A stretch of 51,312 nt of DNA from Nitrospira japonica (lineage in GTDB: Bacteria > Nitrospirota > Thermodesulfovibrionia > Thermodesulfovibrionales > SM23-35). The stretch spans positions 1-51,312 of the forward strand of contig DYFC01000019.1 in the NCBI GenBank assembly GCA_020725385.1, in the 5' to 3' direction. The notes under the pieces were generated by a model. The model saw only the letters and a program-made list of their open reading frames with translations. It did no database searches and had not been told where the DNA came from. Below are positions 37,343-45,922 of the stretch, piece by piece; the stretch's first letter is position 1; each line of letters begins with the position of its first letter. Position numbers and translations under genes: made by a program.

Positions 37343-37840
37343 TTAGTGAACATACCTATATAAAACTGTTGTTTCTGCTTTAGCTGTATCAGGTCCTGTA
37401 ACAATAGTATTTATTTTGTAGAAAACTGATGAACCTTTGTTCTTAGTAAAATCTAAATCAGAACCCGGAGATTGAATTGAATAAAGTCGTTTAACTGTTA
37501 TATCAGCATGATAAGATTTGAATATTTCAGTACCAGGCAGCCTTAGAGAAACAGTACATTCTTTGTCCCCTACTATAATTGATTTAACAAGACATGATGA
37601 ACTGTCGGAAATGGGCATGCCTTCAATTTTATCGCCAATCATTAAAAGGTTTATAACATCTTTCATTACCTGAACTGCACCATCTGCTGCTTCTTCTGCA
37701 GTAGAATATCTTTTGCCCGCACCTGCAATTCCTGTTGATATTATAAGGAAATAAATAGTACCTGATATAAGTAACATTACTACAAGACTTATAACAAGTG
37801 CTGTAACAAGAGCTATACCGTTTTTATTGTAAAAATTCAT
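37343..37840 (-). CDS. pilX: Minor pilin PilX-like
   Basis: NG|IALVTALVISLVVMLL prepilin helix lacking Glu+5, as is typical for PilX; gene position. Confidence 0.75.
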   Translation of the reverse strand: MNFYNKNGIALVTALVISLVVMLLISGTIYFLIISTGIAGAGKRYSTAEEAADGAVQVMKDVINLLMIGDKIEGMPISDSSSCLVKSIIVGDKECTVSLRLPGTEIFKSYHADITVKRLYSIQSPGSDLDFTKNKGSSVFYKINTIVTGPDTAKAETTVLYRYVH

Positions 37841-37841
37841 A

Positions 37842-38861
37842 CTATAGATTTCTTGGTGATATACTGAAAGAAATTAATCTCCAATGGTAATTTTTTTGGT
37901 CACTTCTAAGGATTACTTTTCTATCTTTACTACCAACATATATGGTCTCTGGAGAATCAGGGTTATCGGGATTTTTGTAAGTATAATCAGGATCATAATT
38001 GCCTTTTTGTACTAATAAATAGACTTTCACTTGTTTGATTCTTTGTTTAAGAGTTTTTGTACCATACTCGCTTGATTTGATTTCACCATCTTTCGGGTCC
38101 CAATGGTCAATTATTCCATCATCATCTTCATCGAGTCCTAATACTACCTGAAAATCCCTGACACAACTGAGCAAAGGTCTTCTAACAGAAAATGAAGGAG
38201 GGTCACTATCTTTGCTTTCTGCTCTTAAAAGACTGTAAGTTTTAGGAGCACATCTTGAAGGAGAAGTTCCACCAAGAAGATATTGAACTGTATAATAAGG
38301 TAATTTTGCATCTTCAGAATGGATACCATAAACTAAAGTGCCATCTTCATATGAAGAAGGACTTTCTTTTGGATATTTGAAAACAGCCTTTCCATCTTTA
38401 TCAATGAGTTTTCGGCTAACAGGTTCAATAAATATTACAATATCATTTTTATTTATGTTTTCCCTTGCATCATTCCATTTATATAACTTCAGAAAATTTG
38501 CATTTTCTACGTAAGACCAGGCCTGAGATGCTCTTGAAAATATTCCAATTGCAGTTCCTCTTAACGTTAGAATATCAAAATCATTTTTTGAACTCTCATT
38601 GATGAGTTCAACGGGTCTAGGATTGTAACTCAAATTTCCATAATCATCGGCAAGTCCATAACCGGCCATCATTATGTCCCTTGAGATAATATCTCTGGCA
38701 ACTGTTAATTCAGAATCGGATTCAGCAAAACAATACTGTCTCGTTGAATGCCTGACAAGTGTGGAATAAATTATTAAAACAGAACCCATCACGACTGAAA
38801 ACATTGTGAGAGTGATAAGAAGTTCTGTAAGAGAAAAGCCATTTCTATGATTTATTTTCAA
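37842..38861 (-). CDS. pilW: Minor pilin PilW-like
   Basis: NG|FSLTELLI, RDIMMAGYG, FQVVLGLDEDDDG, ends SPRNL. Confidence 0.82.
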   Translation of the reverse strand: MKINHRNGFSLTELLITLTMFSVVMGSVLIIYSTLVRHSTRQYCFAESDSELTVARDIISRDIMMAGYGLADDYGNLSYNPRPVELINESSKNDFDILTLRGTAIGIFSRASQAWSYVENANFLKLYKWNDARENINKNDIVIFIEPVSRKLIDKDGKAVFKYPKESPSSYEDGTLVYGIHSEDAKLPYYTVQYLLGGTSPSRCAPKTYSLLRAESKDSDPPSFSVRRPLLSCVRDFQVVLGLDEDDDGIIDHWDPKDGEIKSSEYGTKTLKQRIKQVKVYLLVQKGNYDPDYTYKNPDNPDSPETIYVGSKDRKVILRSDQKNYHWRLISFSISPRNL

Positions 38862-39340
38862 ACCCTGCTCCTGTAAATTACAGATTGTGTTGAATGAGAA
38901 ATTCCATTGTGAATATAAGAAGTTGTAATAATTATCTGCATTGCTGAATTGTTGAAAACTTGTATATCCCAGACAATATTAAATTTTTTCTTAATTGTAT
39001 TAATCGTCTGTTCCGGGTAAGGATATTGCATATAAGAATTTTCATTTGTGCCGAGACATTTATTGCTATTATCATAAATATAAGAACTATTATAATTAGG
39101 TGCTTCAGGATCCAAAGTTATTCCACATGTCGAAATTTCATTATAAGGTACGGTCATTAATATTTCCGCTGTTTGTGTATTTAATCTTGACGCAGTGTTT
39201 TGCATCTCATTTTCGAGATTTATATTAATTGCGCTTACCATAACTGCTGATAATGCAAGAAAAGAAATTGAAATAATTACAAAGGCGATCATCATTTCAA
39301 CGAGTGAAAAACCTTTACTGTTCAAGACAATCTTTTCCAT
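38858..39340 (-). CDS. pilV: Minor pilin PilV-like
   Basis: KG|FSLVEMMIAFVIISISFLAL; gene position. Confidence 0.78.
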   Translation of the reverse strand: MEKIVLNSKGFSLVEMMIAFVIISISFLALSAVMVSAININLENEMQNTASRLNTQTAEILMTVPYNEISTCGITLDPEAPNYNSSYIYDNSNKCLGTNENSYMQYPYPEQTINTIKKKFNIVWDIQVFNNSAMQIIITTSYIHNGISHSTQSVIYRSRV

Positions 39341-39926
39341 TCCATAGCCCCTCTCTAATTCTATTGAATGCGATGCTTATACATTTTTTCTGGGCATTAT
39401 TATCAATTATGCTTTCAACAACTAATGTCATCATTTGAAAAGCTCCGGAAGGTTGTCTTGGAAGTCCGTGATTGTCGTATATGAGAACATTGTCTCGGGG
39501 ATTATTAAGATCATCTTTTTCTTTGATTTGAATCCTTAAAGTTTGGGGGATTTCTTTTTTCTTCGATTCACTTTCTCCATTTAAAGGTGCTTCTTCATTG
39601 GTTCCGCTATAAAAGAAATCCTGATTTTTATCATTAACTCTGAATAAATAGTAAGTATTAGAATCCTGAAATCTTATTCCGTATCCTCTCAAATTGGGCA
39701 TGTTTTTGTCATGACCGCTTGTCATTGATAAATACCTTATTTTTATTAAATCCCCGTATAATTCTTTTGAAAAACTTTTTATTTTGTCTTCACTAATAAA
39801 GCTATTGCTTATAGTTGCAATAAACAAAACAACACTCACAACAGCAAGGGAAATCATTAATTCAAGGAGAGATTTTCCATTATTTTCTAACCATGTGAAT
39901 AATATCGCATTCTTAATTCTTAACAT
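39315..39926 (-). CDS. Minor pilin FimT/FimU-like
   Basis: NG|KSLLELMISLAVV; first gene of the cluster; C-terminal Cys pair KKCI..KDC. Confidence 0.7.
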   Translation of the reverse strand: MLRIKNAILFTWLENNGKSLLELMISLAVVSVVLFIATISNSFISEDKIKSFSKELYGDLIKIRYLSMTSGHDKNMPNLRGYGIRFQDSNTYYLFRVNDKNQDFFYSGTNEEAPLNGESESKKKEIPQTLRIQIKEKDDLNNPRDNVLIYDNHGLPRQPSGAFQMMTLVVESIIDNNAQKKCISIAFNRIREGLWNGKDCLEQ

Positions 39927-39957
39927 ATTTCACATCCTAAAGAATTAGAATTAATAT

Positions 39958-39986
39958 AATATAAGCATTTGCTAATTATTAGTCAA
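39958..39986 (-). promoter_or_regulatory. Putative sigma70 promoter of the minor pilin operon
   Basis: Minus strand TTGACT-17-TATATT. Confidence 0.55.
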
Positions 39987-40087
39987 GTGGATTGGAGTGG
40001 TAAAAATAAGTTATATACAAACTTAGACAAGAATGGTTTTTAATGAATCAATATGAATTATTCGGAATTTGAGAATATTGAAATATT

Positions 40088-40185
40088 TGGCGGGAGAGTG
40101 TGGGAATCGAACCCACCCTGCCCGTTTGTAACAGGCAACACCGGATTTGAAGTCCGGGAGGGACACCAGAGCCCTATACACTCCC
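40088..40185 (-). tRNA. selC: tRNA-Sec (anticodon UCA), 98 nt, CCA encoded
   Basis: Acceptor GGGAGTGT/ACTCTCCC (8 positions, one mismatch); anticodon arm CCGGA-CTTCAAA-TCCGG; long variable arm TTGCCTGTT-ACA-AACGGGCAG; T arm GTGGG-TTCGATT-CCCAC; GCCA end. Confidence 0.96.
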
Positions 40186-40236
40186 TTTGTGCTACAATTA
40201 TTTATAATATCATATTTATGGTGAGGAATTGCTACT

Positions 40237-40578
40237 ATGACTATAGAGCATTATTCTTTCGGTAAAATATTAATTCAAGGTAAACAATATAATTCTGATG
40301 TTATCATTTATCCTGATAGAGTTGACGCTTCATGGTGGAGAAAAAAGGGGCATGAACTTCATATCGATGATTTAAAAGATGTTTTTGATGCAAAACCAGA
40401 GATTCTTGTTATCGGGACAGGCTATCTCGGCCTTATGAAAGTTCCACAAAAAACAATAGGATATGTTGAAACAAAAGGAATTAAGATTTATATAGAACGT
40501 ACAAGCAGAGCTGTTGATCTCTACAATAGATTACATAAAGACTCAAACGTTATTGCTGCCCTTCATCTTACCTGTTAA
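40237..40578 (+). CDS. Mth938-like (DUF498) protein
   Basis: IEHYSFGKI, WWRKKGHEL, PEILVIGTG, AALHLTC end. Confidence 0.88.
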   Translation: MTIEHYSFGKILIQGKQYNSDVIIYPDRVDASWWRKKGHELHIDDLKDVFDAKPEILVIGTGYLGLMKVPQKTIGYVETKGIKIYIERTSRAVDLYNRLHKDSNVIAALHLTC

Positions 40579-40589
40579 ACCCGAAAAAC

Positions 40590-40618
40590 TTGACTTATCT
40601 CTGTCTATATTGTATCTT
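40590..40618 (+). promoter_or_regulatory. Putative sigma70 promoter for a leaderless pyrE transcript
   Basis: TTGACT-17-TATCTT, 6 nt, then ATG 40625. Confidence 0.6.
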
Positions 40619-40624
40619 CAAACA

Positions 40625-41206
40625 ATGAAAAATAGACTAATCGACCTTATCATTAAAAAAGCTTTCAAATACAGCGATGAGCCAATCTTTAAATTAGTTT
40701 CAGGTAAAATGAGCAATTACTATTTTAATTGTAAAGCTGTAACACTTCATCCAGAAGGAATGTATCTGATAGGAAATATAATTTTTGATATTATTTCAGG
40801 ACTTAATATTCAAGGCATTGGTGGTTTAACTCTTGGAGCAGATCCAATCGCAAATGCTGTTGCATACACCTCTTTTTTAAAGAACAAACCCATAGAAGCT
40901 TTTGTTGTAAGGAAAACACCTAAAACACATGGAACAATGTTATGGATTGAAGGAAATATATCTTCAGGAGATAATGTTGTAATTGTAGATGATGTTATAA
41001 CCACAGGACAATCAACTATTAAAGCAATAGAAAAAGCAAATGAGGCTGGATTTGATATAAAAAAAGTAATTGCATTAATTGACCGCCAGGAAGGTGGAAG
41101 GGAAGCTATTGAATCTATTGGCTATGAACTTCATCCAATTATTACAAAAGATGAAATCATGGCTGTTTATACAAAAAAGCTAAGAGCGAATAGTATAGGA
41201 TATTAA
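40625..41206 (+). CDS. pyrE: Orotate phosphoribosyltransferase
   Basis: FKLVSGKMSNYYF, GGLTLGADP, VRKTPKTHGT, VVIVDDVITTGQS; start moved to ATG 40625. Confidence 0.95.
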   Translation: MKNRLIDLIIKKAFKYSDEPIFKLVSGKMSNYYFNCKAVTLHPEGMYLIGNIIFDIISGLNIQGIGGLTLGADPIANAVAYTSFLKNKPIEAFVVRKTPKTHGTMLWIEGNISSGDNVVIVDDVITTGQSTIKAIEKANEAGFDIKKVIALIDRQEGGREAIESIGYELHPIITKDEIMAVYTKKLRANSIGY

Positions 41207-41225
41207 GCGTAAAGCAATAAAAACC

Positions 41226-41255
41226 TTAACCCGAAAAATGCATTTTTCGGGTTAA
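41226..41255. repeat. Perfect 30-bp palindrome between convergent pyrE and zapA; terminal TTAA contains the zapA stop
   Basis: TTAACCCGAAAAATGCATTTTTCGGGTTAA equals its own reverse complement. Confidence 0.92.
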
Positions 41256-41518
41256 TCAAACAATGAGGCTAATGTAGTAGCTTTTTCTTCGATATTTCTT
41301 GCAAGTTCTTCCTGCTGATTCCTCATTTTAAAAAGTTCATCAGCAATATCAAGAGCTGCAAGAATTGAAGCTTTAACAGGAGTTAGATTCGGAGCAGCAT
41401 TATAAACTTCCTTAAGCTTCATATCAACATATGAAGCAAGGTCTTTTATATATTGCTCCGGTGCATCGCCTTTTATTGTGTATTTCTGACCTAATATATA
41501 AACTTCTGTGCTACCCAT
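41252..41518 (-). CDS. zapA: Cell division protein ZapA
   Basis: VYILGQKYTIK, LASYVDMKL, ILAALDIADEL, coiled-coil tail. Confidence 0.9.
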   Translation of the reverse strand: MGSTEVYILGQKYTIKGDAPEQYIKDLASYVDMKLKEVYNAAPNLTPVKASILAALDIADELFKMRNQQEELARNIEEKATTLASLFD

Positions 41519-41519
41519 T

Positions 41520-41819
41520 TTAATCTGCTTCTATTGATTCTATTTCACCAAGAAGTGTCTCAAGCTGACTTTTAACAAGATTTTTTTCAGCTTTAAGCTT
41601 TTCAATTTCCTGATTCTTTTCATCAAGGAGTTGTTCAAGTTCCTTAATTCTTCTATCTGTAATAATTTTTTCTTCTTTAAGTGTTTTAACTCTTTCAATT
41701 GCTACCGAAATTTTATCCTCAAGGTTTTTGAATTTATCCAAAGGCAAAACCTCCTTTTTTACACTTTTAGATTTTTCTGTTTCTTTATTATCATCAAAGA
41801 GGGTTCTCATAAAAACCAT
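41520..41819 (-). CDS. zapB: Coiled-coil cell division protein, ZapB-like
   Basis: LEDKISVAIERVKTLKEEK heptad pattern; directly upstream of zapA. Confidence 0.65.
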   Translation of the reverse strand: MVFMRTLFDDNKETEKSKSVKKEVLPLDKFKNLEDKISVAIERVKTLKEEKIITDRRIKELEQLLDEKNQEIEKLKAEKNLVKSQLETLLGEIESIEAD

Positions 41820-41853
41820 CGTTCATAAAATAACAGATTTTATTTGATAATGT

Positions 41854-43785
41854 CTATAACTTTTCTATCGGGATGCCGGACATTAAATTGTCGGATGAAA
41901 AAATGCGTTTGTACTCAAAATATGACGAAAGAACTTTTTTTACATAATTCCTTGTTTCCTGATAAGGAATATCTTCAATAAATTCATCGGCTGATTTATA
42001 TCTTCCTTCTTTAAGCCATTTTCTAACTATGTCTTCTCCTGCATTATATGAAGCTATTGCAGGCGCAAATGAGTCAAAGTCTTTTATAAGGTTGCTAAGA
42101 TAATATATTCCGATATTAAGATTATTTCGAACATTCAGAATATCATGAGAGTTCCTTATGCCGATTTTTAATTTTTTATCAAAACGAAAAGCAGTATTTG
42201 GCATAAGTTGCATTAAGCCGAGCGCGCCCGCAGGCGATCTTGCGTCAGAATCATATCGACTCTCTTCCCTTATAACAGCGAGTATTAATAAAGGATCGAG
42301 CTTGTAATTATCAGAAAATTTTTCTACAATTTCCCAGTGAGCAAGGGGATATAGGAATTCTATCATTCTCTGAATTTCTGGCATTTTTGAAGCAAGTCTT
42401 ACAGAGTGATTGTAATATCCAAGTTCATTAAGCTTTGTGCAAATATAATAAATATCATCTGTTGAATTTGTTTTTCTTGAAATATAAAGCATTTCCGATG
42501 CTGCTTCTTTCTGAAATCCGAGTTCAAGAAGGTATTCGATTCTTTCAAGTTTTTTTGATAAATAGCTCTTAGGACTTAAAACAGGCTTTTTAATTTTAAT
42601 TGTTTCAGAAGAAGTTATAAGATTGATGGAAGAATTAAGTCTTCTGCCTGCAATAAGACTATAAAAATCTTTTTTATTTTCAACAAGCCTTTTATATTTA
42701 TCCGATGCATTTTCACCCGACATATCAATGCTACGCGCATACCAGTAAAGATATTTTGAGTCATTATACTTATCATAAAGATCTTTAAATATTTCTGATG
42801 ATTTTTTATATTCTCCTGACATAAAGTAAGTCCAGCCAATTCCCCAGATTGCTTCTTCACGTTCAGATGGATATTTATCTTTAATTTTTCTGAATAATTC
42901 TATTGCTCCATCAAAATCGGCCTCTCTTCTTTTATCAGAAGCAATAGCAATCAGCACATTAGCCATTCTTCTATCATCGGAATTTAGCATTTCATTAACA
43001 TAAGATAAAACTGTTTCTTTTTCCCTTGCACGGTATCTTGACCGTAATTCCCAGTATTTATCCCGTGATTGACTATAAACTTCTGCGGCTTCTGAATATC
43101 TTTTTTGTTTAAAAAGACAATGACCTAATTCTGTCAATAGCTGTCTTCTTAATATGCCTTCAGATTTTGTTAAAGCCATTCTAAGCGTTTTTTCAGCACT
43201 TTTATAATCATAATTGTTCATTAAATTCTTAGAGCGCTTTAAAAGGTCTTCAGGGGTTAAATCATATGGTTGAAGTTCACTGTATGCTATATCAGAATAA
43301 GAGTTCCCGGAAATATAAAGTTCTTTAAAAATTTTTTTTGCTATCTCGGGTTCATTGTTTTTCTTTAACCATCTGGCATAAAGATATTTGATGTCAGAAT
43401 CATTTTGATAATCTTTTAAATATGATTCAAAAAGTTTTTGAACATTGCTTTCCAACATTTCATCTGCTTCTTTTATTTCTCTAATGCGCGCTTTTCTCTC
43501 AAGAGGAGAATCCGGATATTTTTTAAGCATTAATCTTATTGTTGTAAGAGATTTTTCATGTTCACCGGATTCATGCAGGGCATCAGAAAGCCATAGGAGA
43601 GCGTAATCTCCAAGCAAGGTAAATTCATCTGCTGCTTTTGTTAAAAGTTCAATTGCTTCGGAATACTTCTTTTGCTCAAGGAAGGCTTTTCCTTTTTTAA
43701 GATACTCTTTACCTGCACTTTCATCGGCGTAGGAAGTCTGGAAAAATATAAGAATAAAAAGAAAGAAAATAATACAACGTTTCAT
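41854..43785 (-). CDS. slt: Soluble lytic murein transglycosylase with TPR superhelix
   Basis: Signal peptide, TPRs, AVIREES, SPAGALGLMQLMP, ASYNAG, IPYQETRNYVKKV. Confidence 0.9.
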   Translation of the reverse strand: MKRCIIFFLFILIFFQTSYADESAGKEYLKKGKAFLEQKKYSEAIELLTKAADEFTLLGDYALLWLSDALHESGEHEKSLTTIRLMLKKYPDSPLERKARIREIKEADEMLESNVQKLFESYLKDYQNDSDIKYLYARWLKKNNEPEIAKKIFKELYISGNSYSDIAYSELQPYDLTPEDLLKRSKNLMNNYDYKSAEKTLRMALTKSEGILRRQLLTELGHCLFKQKRYSEAAEVYSQSRDKYWELRSRYRAREKETVLSYVNEMLNSDDRRMANVLIAIASDKRREADFDGAIELFRKIKDKYPSEREEAIWGIGWTYFMSGEYKKSSEIFKDLYDKYNDSKYLYWYARSIDMSGENASDKYKRLVENKKDFYSLIAGRRLNSSINLITSSETIKIKKPVLSPKSYLSKKLERIEYLLELGFQKEAASEMLYISRKTNSTDDIYYICTKLNELGYYNHSVRLASKMPEIQRMIEFLYPLAHWEIVEKFSDNYKLDPLLILAVIREESRYDSDARSPAGALGLMQLMPNTAFRFDKKLKIGIRNSHDILNVRNNLNIGIYYLSNLIKDFDSFAPAIASYNAGEDIVRKWLKEGRYKSADEFIEDIPYQETRNYVKKVLSSYFEYKRIFSSDNLMSGIPIEKL

Positions 43786-43791
43786 ATTTTT

Positions 43792-43820
43792 ATGATAGCT
43801 AAATAATTATTTTTGAGCAA
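43792..43820 (-). promoter_or_regulatory. Putative sigma70 promoter for a leaderless slt transcript
   Basis: TTGCTC-17-TATCAT, 6 nt, then ATG. Confidence 0.55.
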
Positions 43821-43865
43821 GAATAAACATATATTTAAATGTTAGGGTAAATAATTTTTGGCAAT

Positions 43866-43897
43866 AAAAAAGGCGGGTCATTACTTGACCCGCCTTT
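43866..43897 (-). terminator. Rho-independent terminator after the porin gene
   Basis: Minus strand AAAGGCGGGTCA-AGTAA-TGACCCGCCTTTTTT. Confidence 0.9.
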
Positions 43898-43913
43898 AAA
43901 TTACATTTAATAA

Positions 43914-45386
43914 TTAGAATGTGAGTGAAAGACCGTGTACTGCCTGTGTTACAGTCTTATCTTCTGTACCGAATGCATCTTCATAGAAGTTACCCGGTTT
44001 GAAGATACCAGCTTCGATGAAATATGTTAGATTTTTCCCAAGCTTGTAAGAAATTTTTGTGTCAAGTTCCCATCCGAGGCTCTTGGAAACACTTACTTTT
44101 TCGCCGGCTGCTTCGCTGAGTATATCTTCGATTGCGCCAGTTTCAGTTGCTCTGAGTAAGAACCCATCAAGAGATATTGAAAGCTCTTTCATCGGATTTA
44201 CATCAAAACCAAGATTGTAATAGGTTGTGTTAGCAATACCTGTATTTGTTGTGTTGCCACCTGGTTTTGTTGTAAGAGCTGCAAAAGCTGCTGCTGTTCT
44301 TACTGTACGCTCATAGATCTGTGTGTAGTGTACGAGTCTTGCAGTTGCACCATAATCAGGTCCCTGAAGGGTCTGGAATTCTTTGCAATCTTTATCGGTT
44401 GCGTCATCATCACCGCTACCCATTGCAAAAGCTGCTCTTAAATTAACTGGGTCGAGTTGATAACCGAGTTTTGCCATTACTGCCCAGCCTTTTGCTTTAA
44501 GGTCACTTGTAGGGAATACTATATCGCCCGGATCTTTAAGGGCTTCGAGTTTACCAAACTGGAAATCTGCTTCTGCTGCATATGTGATTCCTGCAACTTT
44601 ACCATTAGCATGAAGTCCAACATTGTGGAAATTAAGTTTGTCTATATTCGGAGATGCTGAAGGAACAAGTATAGGATTGCCATCATCATCTGTATCACCA
44701 GAGTCTGTTAATGAAGATGGGCAGTTACCATCACTGTGTGCCCATACCCAGTTTGCACCGATTGTGTTGTCTTTATCAAGAGCGTAAGTTGCAAGTAATA
44801 CATAACCATCAAGGTCATCAGTATGTGAAAATACATTCCCTTCGTTCAATTTAACTGTTCCTGCTGCGATATGTAATTCTTTTGTCGGGTCAATCCAGAC
44901 AAGAATAGCATCGTCGCCGAATCTTTCATTATTGAGGAACTGTTTTTCACCAATAGAAATTGGCATGTGACCTATTTTAATACCTGCCGGCATACCAAGA
45001 CCAGCGCCTGTGTACTGAATCCATGCCTGTCTGATTAATATGTCAGCATTGGCTTTTGAGTCATAACCGTAGCCTTTATCACCCCAATAGAAAAGACCGC
45101 TATTTTTACTTCCAGCGCTTGCTGTTTCAAGTTCTACCAAACCACGAATGTTATCAGCTACTTTTGCGTCAACAGTAAGATTTACATTTGTGGAATATGC
45201 AGCTGCTGATTCACCATCAACCGGAAGAACATTGGAGCCAGATGCACCGGATACATTATTCCAGTACCACCCTCTAATAAGGATTTTACCGCCTATTGTA
45301 ATATCGGTTTTATCTTCAGCAAAGGCGGTTACTGCGAAACTTAATATAAGAAGTACGCCTAATAAAACAGCAAAATATTTTCTCAC
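43914..45386 (-). CDS. Major outer-membrane beta-barrel porin (alginate-export/OmpJ-like)
   Basis: GTG start with SD AGGAGG, signal peptide ..VTAFA, IRQAWIQY, LGWELD, amphipathic strands, terminal Phe; own promoter and terminator. Confidence 0.8.
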   Translation of the reverse strand: MRKYFAVLLGVLLILSFAVTAFAEDKTDITIGGKILIRGWYWNNVSGASGSNVLPVDGESAAAYSTNVNLTVDAKVADNIRGLVELETASAGSKNSGLFYWGDKGYGYDSKANADILIRQAWIQYTGAGLGMPAGIKIGHMPISIGEKQFLNNERFGDDAILVWIDPTKELHIAAGTVKLNEGNVFSHTDDLDGYVLLATYALDKDNTIGANWVWAHSDGNCPSSLTDSGDTDDDGNPILVPSASPNIDKLNFHNVGLHANGKVAGITYAAEADFQFGKLEALKDPGDIVFPTSDLKAKGWAVMAKLGYQLDPVNLRAAFAMGSGDDDATDKDCKEFQTLQGPDYGATARLVHYTQIYERTVRTAAAFAALTTKPGGNTTNTGIANTTYYNLGFDVNPMKELSISLDGFLLRATETGAIEDILSEAAGEKVSVSKSLGWELDTKISYKLGKNLTYFIEAGIFKPGNFYEDAFGTEDKTVTQAVHGLSLTF

Positions 45387-45604
45387 TTGCTAACCCTCCT
45401 TTTGAGAAATCTGAATTGAAAAATTTTCAATTCTTTCCGCCAAAGACGGAATTACTCGATTCTATACCTTGAATATTTCTCTGTCTTTGTTATCACCTCC
45501 TCTTAAATAAATAAAAATCTGGCCTTCAATGAAGACCCCTTAACACCTAAAGCTCTTTTTGAGCATACTTATAGCTCTATCTATAGTGAAATAAACATGC
45601 AAAA

Positions 45605-45634
45605 TTTATAGCATTACTTTGGCTGATTTGTCAA
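45605..45634 (-). promoter_or_regulatory. Putative strong sigma70 promoter of the porin gene
   Basis: TTGACA-18-TATAAA with extended -10 TG. Confidence 0.65.
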
Positions 45635-45922
45635 GAAATTTATATCATCCCAGAGTTTTTTTGTCAAGCTATAGTCATGCTTAGCAAAAAAAAGGCCATT
45701 CTTCTATGAGAAAATAAGGTTTTTAATTTTTCGCAATAACTAATTGAAAAATAGAAATTATTTTCGGTGAAATTTTAATTTTACGAAAAAAAGTCTTCAA
45801 TTATCTGGTTCTATTTATTTTATTTATATGTATATTTTTTACAACACCGGTGTATAAGTTAAAGTAAGAGTGCATTTAGAATAACACAGGCTATCAAGTT
45901 CAATAATATGATACAATGTCAA

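Noticed and set aside
29640-40087. Active integrative element or prophage at selC
   Set aside because: No integrase, phage genes or duplicated tRNA 3' end found
40053-40265. 70-aa ORF
   Set aside because: Antisense translation of tRNA-Sec
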